From Candidatus Fermentibacteraceae bacterium (GTDB lineage Bacteria; Fermentibacterota; Fermentibacteria; Fermentibacterales; JCC-6), in contig JBGSZS010000018.1 in NCBI GenBank assembly GCA_041750285.1, forward strand, positions 1 through 64,000: a stretch of 64,000 nt of DNA, written 5' to 3'. The notes below the pieces were generated by a model, which was not told where the DNA came from, ran no database searches, and was given only the letters and a program-made list of their open reading frames with translations. This document shows, one piece after another, positions 9,727 to 18,970 of this stretch (within the stretch, counting starts at the first letter, position 1; each line of letters opens with the position of its first letter). The position numbers and the translations under genes are program-made.

Positions 9727-10148
9727 GAAGACCCTTTTGTTCTCTCTCCCAGTCTCGCGCTCCGGTAGATGACAAATGCAAGGAGGGCAAGCCCGCCATC
9801 CACGAATCCGTTGACGAGAAGGATGAAGTCAGGCCGGTGGATGAGAAAGGCGCCAAAGGAGAAGAGACTGCTCGACATCTTTGCCTGGGCAAGCAAAAGG
9901 GGGTTGAGCGGGACTTCAGGCTGACGGAAGATCCTGAACGCCAGAATCGCCACCACAGCCATGTACGCCGAGGTCATGACAGAGAAGAAACCGGTCCCGT
10001 GAAGTGGGGAGACCCCCATGCCAAAACGGCAGGCCATCGAGTTGAGGCCCCGGAGGGGCACTTCAGGCCCCAGAAGAAACAGGGTTCCAACCGATGTGAA
10101 AACCAGAAACAGCGAGAATCCAACGACCCTTACGAACTTGTTACTCAT
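9723..10148 (-). CDS. Small four-TM membrane protein
   Basis: Hydrophobic segments; ATGA overlaps with neighbours. Confidence 0.7.
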   Translation of the reverse strand: MSNKFVRVVGFSLFLVFTSVGTLFLLGPEVPLRGLNSMACRFGMGVSPLHGTGFFSVMTSAYMAVVAILAFRIFRQPEVPLNPLLLAQAKMSSSLFSFGAFLIHRPDFILLVNGFVDGGLALLAFVIYRSARLGERTKGSS

Positions 10149-11347
10149 CGGGAACCCCTTCCACGGTTGTTCAGAATCCGCTGGAATCGGGCCGGTCCGA
10201 GGAAGACCGCCTCCCGCATCAGTGCACGCGACCCCTCCGGAGAAATGGGAAGACTGCCGGTGTCATACCGGGAGTAAAGATGGTGATTCTCGCTGGCGAA
10301 GCATGATGACGAAGGCGAGAAAAGCATACTCATTTCGTTCCAGATCCCGAAAATGGACCGTGTCCCCACATTGCCGAATGACAGGGGCGTGAAAACACAC
10401 GGGCTGACCTCGCCGAAAGCGTCAACGTAAATCATTTTGGTGCCGGCGTTGCAGCCGAAGTGGCCTGCTCCCTCGAAATGCCCCAGGTAGTTCACCGTCA
10501 TGCCGCTTTTTCTATTGAGCCGGTCCTGAAGGGCCGTCAGAGCTTCGCGGTCGCTTTCGGTGCAGACATCCCCGCCGTTCCATGATCGGCGGCCCGATGG
10601 CTTTACCTCGCTTATCCAGGCTTCGTTGACTTCCAGGGTGTCCAGGAACGCCAGAAATCGTCGTACACCTTCCATACTCATCGTGTCTCCCGAAAGAACC
10701 GATGAAACCCCGGTATCGATGCCCTGTGCCTTGAAAACCTCGATTGCCCGCAGGGCTTCCGAGTATGCACCGGGATACCCCCTGCCAAGGTCGTGTGCTT
10801 CCGGGTCCCAATGATCCAGACTGACCGAGACGGAAAAAAGCCCGGCTTGTCTGAGTTCCGAGGCCAGCGACGCAGTCAGACCGCATCCTGTTGTGAACAG
10901 CTTCACTGCGCATTTCTCTGCAGCTTTGCGAACGATGGACCCGATATCGGGATTGAGAAGCGGTTCACCTCCTGTGAGGCCAAGCCAGACCACCCCCATC
11001 CGCTGGAGCTCCCCGATCGTCCGCAGGATGGTCGATGTGTCCATCGGGTCTCCCGTCCGATCGCGGTTGTAGCAGAACCCGCATTTCTGTGGACAGGCGT
11101 TGGTGATCCCTATCTGTGCATGCGAGGGGCCCTGACATCCTCCAAGGATGTGTTCGTCGACGAACCGGGCATAGGCGGAGCTGTTCAGTGGTGGAAGATG
11201 CGAGTGCAGAATGAGATGGCCTCCAACGCGGCGAGGCCTGAATTTCCTGATGTATCCGGCAAGGAACAGGTTCACCGCCGGTTTGGCCCGCAGAATTCGG
11301 GGGTTTGCAGACAGTGAAGCAATGATCGCTGCAAATCTGCCAGACAT
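10145..11347 (-). CDS. Radical SAM enzyme with SPASM/twitch domain
   Basis: CPQKCGFC, LTGGEPLL, twitch motif GCNAGTKMIYVDAFGEVSPC. ATG at 11347 inferred. Confidence 0.9.
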   Translation of the reverse strand: MSGRFAAIIASLSANPRILRAKPAVNLFLAGYIRKFRPRRVGGHLILHSHLPPLNSSAYARFVDEHILGGCQGPSHAQIGITNACPQKCGFCYNRDRTGDPMDTSTILRTIGELQRMGVVWLGLTGGEPLLNPDIGSIVRKAAEKCAVKLFTTGCGLTASLASELRQAGLFSVSVSLDHWDPEAHDLGRGYPGAYSEALRAIEVFKAQGIDTGVSSVLSGDTMSMEGVRRFLAFLDTLEVNEAWISEVKPSGRRSWNGGDVCTESDREALTALQDRLNRKSGMTVNYLGHFEGAGHFGCNAGTKMIYVDAFGEVSPCVFTPLSFGNVGTRSIFGIWNEMSMLFSPSSSCFASENHHLYSRYDTGSLPISPEGSRALMREAVFLGPARFQRILNNRGRGSR

Positions 11348-11360
11348 GATACCTTGACCT

Positions 11361-12743
11361 TCAGTTACGCGCATGGTGCGTATTGTGGACACTACTCAGG
11401 ACACCCGCCGCGTTCCTGACCAGGTTGGCGATGCCTGACGGTGTCATGGACCTTCGCGCAAGCCGGAAAAGGCGTGCCGGCTTTCCGTAGAAGCTTCGAA
11501 GGGCGCTGCGCCTGAGTTTTTCCAGCCTCTCGACGGGGATGGAGCAGAGTGACCTTCCCCCCGTGGAGCAGTCGAGGTTTGAAAGGTCGGATTCATCGAT
11601 GACTCCGTCTCCCGTAAGCCCTGCCCTCAGGTCGCTTCCGAGCCTGGGCACCATGAGGTTGAACGAGGCGAAATCGCACTCCAGCGAAGAGGCGTACGCT
11701 ATCATCCTTCTGATGGAGTCTTCCGTGTCACCGGGAAAACCGATTATGAAGTGCGCCAGGGTTGCGAGCCCGGCCCTTCGGGCGGCCCTGAAGACCATCG
11801 CGGCCCTGTCCGACGTGCCGTAGCCCTTGGATGACGCCTTCAGGGCCTCGGTATCGGGGGTTTCGACTCCCAGCATGACCAGATGGCAGCCCGCCTGCTT
11901 CATCGAGTCGAGAAGACCGGGGTCCACGGTATCCAGCCGGGCTTCACACGACCAGGCCATCCTCCTTCTCCCTGCGAGCTTCACGCAGAAGTCGGCTGCC
12001 CTGTCCCGCTCAACACCGAAGGTGAGGTCACGAAGGAAGAACTCCCTGATGCCCATGGATGCAACGAAGTCATACTCCGCCAGAAAATCGGCCAGGTTCC
12101 TCGGGCGGTACCCCAGCTTGCCTGAAGCGCAGAAACTGCACCTGAAGGGGCAGCCGTATGACAGCATCATTGTCGCCACCGGCCTGTGAAGGCTGTAAGG
12201 CATTGTGTAGCGCCGCATGGGGAACAGGTCATGCCGGGGGATGCCGTAGGAGAGCTCCCTTCCCGCGCACGCTGCAGGCACCGTGCTGCATGAGGGTAAC
12301 AGAAGGCCGCCGGCCGCGCCGGGTTCCCCCCGGAAGTAGGGAAGGATCCTCTCATCGGTGAAATCCGGGATCTCCGCGTCCATCCCCCTCTTCAGAAGGG
12401 CTCCGGGAGTGAACGACGGCAGGTCGCCCATGACCGCCACGGCCGCGCCGGTCCTTTCCTTCAGCCCGGTCAGGAATGCGAGGTCCGATTCGAGGCTCAC
12501 AGCCGAAACGAGTGACGCGACAACGTCTGGTCTGTGCGCACATGCCCTTTTGAGGGCCTGTCCGTGATCGAGGCGTTCGGCCGTGGCATCTAGCACAGCC
12601 CTGTCGACATCTTTCGGGATGGCCGCGCTGAGAACCAGCAGGTCGATGGGAGCCCAGTAGTAAGAGGCCTTTACCGTCTCGCCGCACGACATGTCCCTGA
12701 GAACGGGGGGGGATGAAGGCGGGTTGAGAAGCAGCACTTTCAT
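11361..12743 (-). CDS. B12-binding radical SAM enzyme
   Basis: MKVLLLNPP N-terminal B12 domain, SYGCPFRCSFC, WSCEARLD, LGVET, HFIIGFPGDT. Confidence 0.9.
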   Translation of the reverse strand: MKVLLLNPPSSPPVLRDMSCGETVKASYYWAPIDLLVLSAAIPKDVDRAVLDATAERLDHGQALKRACAHRPDVVASLVSAVSLESDLAFLTGLKERTGAAVAVMGDLPSFTPGALLKRGMDAEIPDFTDERILPYFRGEPGAAGGLLLPSCSTVPAACAGRELSYGIPRHDLFPMRRYTMPYSLHRPVATMMLSYGCPFRCSFCASGKLGYRPRNLADFLAEYDFVASMGIREFFLRDLTFGVERDRAADFCVKLAGRRRMAWSCEARLDTVDPGLLDSMKQAGCHLVMLGVETPDTEALKASSKGYGTSDRAAMVFRAARRAGLATLAHFIIGFPGDTEDSIRRMIAYASSLECDFASFNLMVPRLGSDLRAGLTGDGVIDESDLSNLDCSTGGRSLCSIPVERLEKLRRSALRSFYGKPARLFRLARRSMTPSGIANLVRNAAGVLSSVHNTHHARN

Positions 12744-14134
12744 TGCTGCCGCATTTCTTCCGGGTGAGTCAGTATGAGTCCGGTTCCGTCGAACCTGATC
12801 AGTCCTGCACCGGGCCCGACCGGAGTCCCGGGCGAAATGCAGCTGATCTCAAGGTCTTCCGAGCGCCGGAAGTACGCCAGATAGTAGGGAAGGATCTTCT
12901 CGTCACGGACGGAACCGAGCTCGATCAGCCACGGGACTGATGGATCGATCGCACGAAAGCTCCTGCCTGCGGCTTCGAACAACCTTCTGTGCACTTCCGT
13001 GGATTCGGAGTAGCGCTCATTCATGCGTCTGCCCAGCAGGGCGGGAGGAACAAGGGCGATGGCGCAGAAGACCGCCAGGACCGGTTCGTTTATCCTCCTC
13101 CTTCTGATGAGCTCTCCAAGCGAGGCTGCCACGAGCAGGCAGAAGAATGCGCATGCACCGTACTCGTAGTGCCCGGGGCCGAAGTTGATCAGGGCCTGAG
13201 CGCCGAGAAGCGCGGTTCCCGCTGCCAGAACTGTCAGACGGCGCCACCCGCGGGCGCTCATTAGAAGGGGAGCGGCCAGCAGCAGGGCGGCTGTCGCGCC
13301 TGCAACGACCCTGGCCGAACCCGGAACCATCCACGACACTCCCGTCAGGTTGCCGTAGAGGCGAATGATGTTGAAAGCCATGACCCGGGGCGGATTGTAG
13401 ACCTGGTATCCGCCCACGTAGTCGAGGACCACCGACCTGAGGAGGAACATCAGCAGAAGTGCCATGCAGGGAAGCAGGACGGGAAGTACCGGCAACCTTT
13501 CCGGCCGCTCCCGGGGCCAGACATAGTACATTGTGGGCAGCAGCACGACCGAAACAAACCCGAGTTCCTTGAAGCCCATCGCGAAAAGGGCCAGCACTGC
13601 CGGGACGGCGGATCGCAATCCCCGGCCTGCTGCGGGCTTCACGACGAAACCCGCAGCAAGGACAATGAACAGGGTGGCCAGGATATCAGGCCTGGTGTTC
13701 ACCATCTGAACGGCCATGACTGCCCTGGGATGGGCTGCCAGAAGGAGAGTTGCGATGGTTGCCGAGGCCCGGGACATACCCATCCGCAGGGCAAGCCAGC
13801 CCAAAGCGGCGCAGCAGGTCAGGTGGATCAGGACGCTGACTGCCATCCACGGCATGGGGCGGGTCCCGAACAATCCGTACTCGGGAATGTAGACCAGGCT
13901 CGACAGCGGTCTGAAAAAGCCTCCCACGGTTCCGTCGCCTGTGGTGTAGATCCAGCCCTCGGCCAGATAGCGTTCAAGGCTCCAGCCAGTGGCCCTTGGT
14001 ACCATGATCGTGAAGAAATCCTGCGGATCGAAGAAGGCCTTCAACAGCGGAGTGTAGGCCACCAGCAGCAGAACGCCCGACAGTAGCAGGACAAGGACGG
14101 GCCTGGACCTGGCGGAAGCGGGGTTTCCGGTCAC
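12740..14134 (-). CDS. Polytopic membrane protein, GT-C glycosyltransferase-like
   Basis: DPQDF acidic first loop, FFRPLSSL, LLAAHP, AMGFKE motifs typical of TMTC/PMT-like proteins; GTG start overlaps upstream stop. Confidence 0.65.
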   Translation of the reverse strand: MTGNPASARSRPVLVLLLSGVLLLVAYTPLLKAFFDPQDFFTIMVPRATGWSLERYLAEGWIYTTGDGTVGGFFRPLSSLVYIPEYGLFGTRPMPWMAVSVLIHLTCCAALGWLALRMGMSRASATIATLLLAAHPRAVMAVQMVNTRPDILATLFIVLAAGFVVKPAAGRGLRSAVPAVLALFAMGFKELGFVSVVLLPTMYYVWPRERPERLPVLPVLLPCMALLLMFLLRSVVLDYVGGYQVYNPPRVMAFNIIRLYGNLTGVSWMVPGSARVVAGATAALLLAAPLLMSARGWRRLTVLAAGTALLGAQALINFGPGHYEYGACAFFCLLVAASLGELIRRRRINEPVLAVFCAIALVPPALLGRRMNERYSESTEVHRRLFEAAGRSFRAIDPSVPWLIELGSVRDEKILPYYLAYFRRSEDLEISCISPGTPVGPGAGLIRFDGTGLILTHPEEMRQQ

Positions 14135-15267
14135 TTGAAGTCCAGAGGTTCTGAAAGGTCCCACTGCAAGCTGTCCAGCACCACTGTCATCCCGGCGGCG
14201 ATGAAGCTTCCCAGAACAGCATACCCTTCAGGCGTGAAATGGCAGTTGTCCTGCATCATGTCCCGCTGGACCGGAAGCTCAAGGGCAGCATCGATGAAGA
14301 AAACCCTGCCGGTGCCCGAGAACTCCCGCGCGACCCTCTCAGCCTCAGTGTTGATGGCGGCAACCCTGTCCGCCAGATCACCGGAACCGAAAGCCTCCTC
14401 GGTGAGTTCCCTCACGTGGACCTGGCTTGCCACGAAGACAGTCGTACTGCAGTTCAGGGCGACGTTAATCATTGCGGACAGGTTGGAGCCGAACGTGTTG
14501 AAGGGGGTTTCCCCCAGTCCGGGCTCATAGGGGTAGCGTATCCCGCAGCGGACAAGCTGATTGGGGTCGAGCTCGGAAAGGAGCAGCTTGTTGAGCCCGT
14601 AACGGGCCAGACCCAGGAGCCTGGACCTGTCGAGGCTTCCGGGAAGAAGGTCCCACACGGGTCTGGGCACAACCGTCCATGGGGTTCTCCAGTGGCTGTA
14701 GTCGGGCCGGGCCGTTTCACCGGGGAGGATGCAGCCCGCGAAAGCGTCGTTGATGCCATGATAGATGACTATTATCCGGGGTTTCAGGTGGACGCCTCGA
14801 AGGGTGTAGTTCAGAAGGCTCTCCATCGATGTCCAGGAAGCCATCCCGAGGTTGAGCACCTCGCAGCTGTCAAAGGGAGTGTCGCGGCGTTCAAGAAAAG
14901 CGTTCATGCTTTCCTCGAGCGCCCTGGGGTACCAGTCGTCCCAGGTCGTGGAGCCGCCCAGACATGCTATCCTGAGAACGCCGGGCGCGGGTTCCCATTG
15001 TGTCTCGGCGCCCCTCAGTCCGATCCCGTTGATGTCGCCGTAGCCGGCTCTGGGTCTGTACGGCAGAAAGGGATGGCTCACATCGTGCCCTGCGGGAGGA
15101 GTGGCGGTGGATGTCCTGTGGACCCAGTCGTTGTAATCCCTGAACTGGGCATAGTCCCTTCCCGAAACGAAAAGAGCCGCCCTGGCAAGCAGTTCGAGCA
15201 GAACGAGCGCCATGAGCAGGCCGGCAAGTGTGAAAAGCGCCTTCTTCGCCCTCGAAGGAGCGCTCAT
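14131..15267 (-). CDS. Membrane-anchored SGNH/GDSL hydrolase-fold protein
   Basis: N-terminal TM; CLGGSTTW, YHGIND and DNCH blocks. Confidence 0.85.
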   Translation of the reverse strand: MSAPSRAKKALFTLAGLLMALVLLELLARAALFVSGRDYAQFRDYNDWVHRTSTATPPAGHDVSHPFLPYRPRAGYGDINGIGLRGAETQWEPAPGVLRIACLGGSTTWDDWYPRALEESMNAFLERRDTPFDSCEVLNLGMASWTSMESLLNYTLRGVHLKPRIIVIYHGINDAFAGCILPGETARPDYSHWRTPWTVVPRPVWDLLPGSLDRSRLLGLARYGLNKLLLSELDPNQLVRCGIRYPYEPGLGETPFNTFGSNLSAMINVALNCSTTVFVASQVHVRELTEEAFGSGDLADRVAAINTEAERVAREFSGTGRVFFIDAALELPVQRDMMQDNCHFTPEGYAVLGSFIAAGMTVVLDSLQWDLSEPLDFK

Positions 15268-16376
15268 CGAAGCCCTCCCGTCACCAACGCAGAATGAATT
15301 GAGTCCGCTATCAGTTCTCCCAGGAGCCGGTTGCCTTCCGCCGTGAGGTGGGACTTGTCGGCGAGCGTCCGGTCAGTGGCGGGGATGATCCCGGCTGCAT
15401 CCACAAAGTGCGTCAGACCGCTTCGTGAGTGCCTTTCCGCAACCCTTCGTGCGATCGAATTGAGCCGGTTCACGGCGGCCACCATCTCCTCGCCGCCGCT
15501 CTCCTCGGGAAGTTGGAGCTCGCTCACGAGGAAAACCATTGTCCCGCGGGATTCGGCGATGGCGGTGATGGCTTCCAGGTTGCATTCATACGAAGCGAAT
15601 GTGGTGTCGAGCACCTGGTCCGGGTTGAAGTCGTAGCGCAGGCCAAGGCGTTTCGGAGGCGCAGCCTGATACCTTGCCTGAAAAACCCTGTCGAGCCCGT
15701 ACCTTGTCAGGGCAACGGCCCTTGAACTGTCGGCCCAGCCGGGGATGATGTCCCACGGTACCGCAGGCACCGGAATCCAGCGCTCCCTGAAGTGGCTGTA
15801 GTCGGGCTGGGCGATCACGGTGTCGGGCCGGAACATGGCGTAAACATCGTTGACCGCGACATAGAGGACTATGGCATGCGGTTGGGCGTGCACTCCCATG
15901 GCACAGTACGCTGCAAGGTTCTCGGCCGATGTCCAGGTGGGGGCGGTCAGCATCAGAACCTCGCAGGACCGGTAAGGCAGCCCCCCCGAAGCGAGCATGC
16001 TGTCGAGGCTCTGCCCCGTCACGCGGGGGAACACGCCGTCGTAGACCATCGACCCGCCCATGCAGAGCACCCGGAATACACCCTGCCCGGGCACCCAGCC
16101 CGTCTCGGGACCGATGAAGCCGAGCGAGTCGACGCCGAGCCCGCCCGCTGAGCTTCCAGCAACAGGTCTGAAGGGAAGGTAGGGATATTCCGTATCGAAC
16201 TCGCCGGCTCCCCTGGCTCTGGCCTGACGCAGGGCGGAGTTGGTCTGCACGTACCTGTACGCGGGAAAACCACGGATCAGAAGGTAAGCCCTGGAGGCCA
16301 GTTCCGAAAGAAGGAAGATACCCCCGAGTATGAGGACGGTCCGCCAGGAAAAAGCCCGGGACCTGCTTCGAGGCAT
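15264..16376 (-). CDS. Membrane-anchored SGNH/GDSL hydrolase-fold protein (paralog of 14131-15267)
   Basis: N-terminal TM; CMGGSMVY, VAVND and DKSH blocks. Confidence 0.85.
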   Translation of the reverse strand: MPRSRSRAFSWRTVLILGGIFLLSELASRAYLLIRGFPAYRYVQTNSALRQARARGAGEFDTEYPYLPFRPVAGSSAGGLGVDSLGFIGPETGWVPGQGVFRVLCMGGSMVYDGVFPRVTGQSLDSMLASGGLPYRSCEVLMLTAPTWTSAENLAAYCAMGVHAQPHAIVLYVAVNDVYAMFRPDTVIAQPDYSHFRERWIPVPAVPWDIIPGWADSSRAVALTRYGLDRVFQARYQAAPPKRLGLRYDFNPDQVLDTTFASYECNLEAITAIAESRGTMVFLVSELQLPEESGGEEMVAAVNRLNSIARRVAERHSRSGLTHFVDAAGIIPATDRTLADKSHLTAEGNRLLGELIADSIHSALVTGGLR

Positions 16377-16401
16377 CGCTTCTCCTCCCGGGTATGCCGG
16401 C

Positions 16402-18192
16402 TCAGACCTTTTTCTTCGACACCCAGTGGGAACCCATGACCATGTTGTCGATCCCGCTGTTGAGGAACGTCTTCAGGGCGTCGGAGGGGCTGCTCACGAT
16501 AGGCTCGCCCCGCAGGTTGAAACTGGTGTTCACAAGGACCTCGGTGCCCGTGGCCTGGCCGAAGGTCTTTATCACGTCGTAGTACCTGGGGTTCCACTCC
16601 CGTCTCACCGTCTGGAGACGCCCGGTGCCACCGTGATTAACGGCCGGAGCGGTCTCGGAGTACTTATCCTTCCAGGGAACCACGGTGATCATGAACCGGG
16701 CCGGATAGCTTTCGCGCTCGAGGTTCAACCCCTGGAAGTATTCTTCAGCCGTCTCCTCGCAGACAGCCGGCGCAAAGGGGCGGAATGGTTCCCTGAACTT
16801 GATCTTGTGGTTGATGATGTCCTTCATCCCGGCCGTGCGCGGGTCGGCTATGATGGACCTGTTGCCCAGCGCCCTGGGACCCCACTCGTAGCGGCCCTGG
16901 AAGAACCCCAGCACCCTGCCCTTGAGAAGCGAATCGACGGTGCGGTCTACCAGAGAGGCTTCGTCGGGGTGGTGCTGAAACTCCACGGGTGCCTTTGAAA
17001 GGGCCAGAGCGGCCTGGTCGTCGTCGTACTCATCGCCGAAGTACGCATTCTCCATCGTGAACTTCCGGGGTTTACCCAGCAGCACGTGCCAGGCGTACAG
17101 AGCTGCACCGAGAGCGCCTCCCGCGTCGCCTGCCGCGGGTTGGATGAAGATCTGCTCGTAGTCGAGTTCCCGGGCGATCCTGCCGTTGGCCACGGAGTTG
17201 AGGGCCACACCTCCCGCCATGCAGAGTCGTTTCGCCCCGGTCTCCTGCTGCAGGCTGCCGGCGAGGCCCAGTATGAGCTCTTCGGTTACCTTCTGGATGC
17301 TCGCCGCCACATCGGCGTAGTGCAGGCACTTCCTTACTTCCGGATCGTTGGGGCTGCGGGTTGGATCGGTTTCGTGGGTGACGAAAAGCGATTCGGGAAC
17401 GCGCGCCGGGCCGAAGAGCTTCTCCAGTGCCCTGCTGAAGCTCTTCTCGGGTGAATAATGGTAGCTGAACCAGTCCATGTTCAGCGAAAAGCTTCCTCCG
17501 GGCCCTCTGCGGACGATCTTCGAGAAGATGTCGTCAACGTACCTGGGTTTGCCGTAGGGAGCCATTCCCATCACCTTGTACTCACCCTCGTTCACATGAA
17601 AGCCGAGGAATGCCGTGAACGCCGAGTAAAGAAGACCGATCGAGTGGGGAAACCTGAGCTCAGCGTCGAGGTTGATGGAATTGCCCGCACCCGCTCCCCA
17701 GTCCGCCGTTCCATGACCCCTTGCAGTGGTGGTCCACTCACCCACTCCGTCGAGGGTCAGGATGGCCGCATCGGTGAAGGGCGAGCTGAAGAGAGTGCTC
17801 GCGGCATGGGCCATGTGATGGTCGACGAAGAGGATCTTCGAGGAGGGCACGCCAAGGTGTTTCTTCAGATGGGATTTGATCCAGAGCTTCTCGTCAAGCC
17901 AGTTGACCATGGCCTCGCCGAAGGAGCGCCACGACCTTGGATACGTGGCCAGTGAACTTTGCAGGATCCTTTCGAACTTGACCAGCGGCTTCTCGTAGAA
18001 AACGACGTAGTCGAGGTCGGTGGCCTCTATGCCGGCCCTGTTGAGGCAGAACTCGATCGCAAGGGCGGGGTAGCGTTCGTCCTGCTTGATGCGGCTGAGC
18101 CTCTCCTCCTGTGATGCGGCGACCAGTTCACCATCCCTGAGCAGGGCTGCGGCCGAATCGTGATAGTGACAGGAAATTCCAAGTACGTGCAT
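16402..18192 (-). CDS. O-carbamoyltransferase (NodU/CmcH/SxtI family)
   Basis: LGISCHYHDSAAAL, EERLSRIK, HHMAHAAS, EGEYKVMGMAPYG, GPRALGNRSI, KFREPFRPFAP, NTSFNLRGEPIV. Confidence 0.97.
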   Translation of the reverse strand: MHVLGISCHYHDSAAALLRDGELVAASQEERLSRIKQDERYPALAIEFCLNRAGIEATDLDYVVFYEKPLVKFERILQSSLATYPRSWRSFGEAMVNWLDEKLWIKSHLKKHLGVPSSKILFVDHHMAHAASTLFSSPFTDAAILTLDGVGEWTTTARGHGTADWGAGAGNSINLDAELRFPHSIGLLYSAFTAFLGFHVNEGEYKVMGMAPYGKPRYVDDIFSKIVRRGPGGSFSLNMDWFSYHYSPEKSFSRALEKLFGPARVPESLFVTHETDPTRSPNDPEVRKCLHYADVAASIQKVTEELILGLAGSLQQETGAKRLCMAGGVALNSVANGRIARELDYEQIFIQPAAGDAGGALGAALYAWHVLLGKPRKFTMENAYFGDEYDDDQAALALSKAPVEFQHHPDEASLVDRTVDSLLKGRVLGFFQGRYEWGPRALGNRSIIADPRTAGMKDIINHKIKFREPFRPFAPAVCEETAEEYFQGLNLERESYPARFMITVVPWKDKYSETAPAVNHGGTGRLQTVRREWNPRYYDVIKTFGQATGTEVLVNTSFNLRGEPIVSSPSDALKTFLNSGIDNMVMGSHWVSKKKV

Positions 18193-18203
18193 GGCATTCC
18201 TAC

Positions 18204-18707
18204 CTAGAACTGCAGCCTGGAACGGCTGATGTCCGGCTTGTGCTGCTGTCTCGGATGCCAGGCCGGTTGCTTTCCAAGAGCCAGGGGGTCGGAAAAGAGC
18301 CTTACGGGAATTCCGAAGGGAAGAACAACGGTAAAGTAGAAGAATGCAAGGATCAGCCTTCCCTGGTAGTTTCCCATGCGGCTCGCAAAGCCTGTCCAGG
18401 CCTTTTTGACCCTGCGGGGTAGCGACGGCCTGCCGGCTTCTTCATGAACGGCCCGGGCGGGGGGAAGTGTGTTCCTGCGGAAAAGGGTGATCACCGCTGA
18501 AACTGCGAAGGCAAGGCCGAAGGACTGCGCCACGCTCAGCCAGTGGGACTCGAGAACCGGTTTGAGGATGAAACCAGCGGTCCAGAGAGCCGCAACGACG
18601 AAGATATCCATCAGAAAAGGCACGGGTTGACGCCGGGGAGCAGACAGGGCGGCTCCGGCCGTGTAACCCACGAGGGTCAGAAGAACGATGGCCAGCCCGC
18701 CGAGCAT
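18204..18707 (-). CDS. SxtJ-like membrane protein with extra N-terminal TM helices
   Basis: W..FA..MGNYQGRLILAFFYFTVVLPFG...DPL and terminal QF; lies between the SxtK-like and carbamoyltransferase genes. Confidence 0.75.
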   Translation of the reverse strand: MLGGLAIVLLTLVGYTAGAALSAPRRQPVPFLMDIFVVAALWTAGFILKPVLESHWLSVAQSFGLAFAVSAVITLFRRNTLPPARAVHEEAGRPSLPRRVKKAWTGFASRMGNYQGRLILAFFYFTVVLPFGIPVRLFSDPLALGKQPAWHPRQQHKPDISRSRLQF

Positions 18708-18716
18708 CCGATCCTC

Positions 18717-18893
18717 CTAGAAAAGGGTGTAAATGAAGGGCGCCATGGCAGAGCCCTGTGCGAAGACAAGAACTCCCACGAGCAGAATCAGCACGAGAAC
18801 CATCGGTATCATCCACCAAAGCTTCCGGGACCAGAGAAACCGCATCAGTTCCCCGAGTATTCCGAGCCTGTCCAAAAAGCCCCTGCCACCCAT
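18717..18893 (-). CDS. SxtK/DUF5989-like small membrane peptide
   Basis: ELMRFLWSRKLWWMIP...QGSAMAPFIYTLF; RBS GGAGG before ATG at 18893. Confidence 0.85.
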   Translation of the reverse strand: MGGRGFLDRLGILGELMRFLWSRKLWWMIPMVLVLILLVGVLVFAQGSAMAPFIYTLF

Positions 18894-18970
18894 GTCTACC
18901 TCCATCGCAGCTTCGGAAGCCCTATTCTAACCACGGAGAAGAAGCATGCCAAGCTGATGTGCGATAAGCT

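Noticed and set aside
16402..18893. Saxitoxin gene cluster (sxtI/J/K-like genes)
   Set aside because: No sxtA, sxtG or other core toxin genes; the context is envelope modification.
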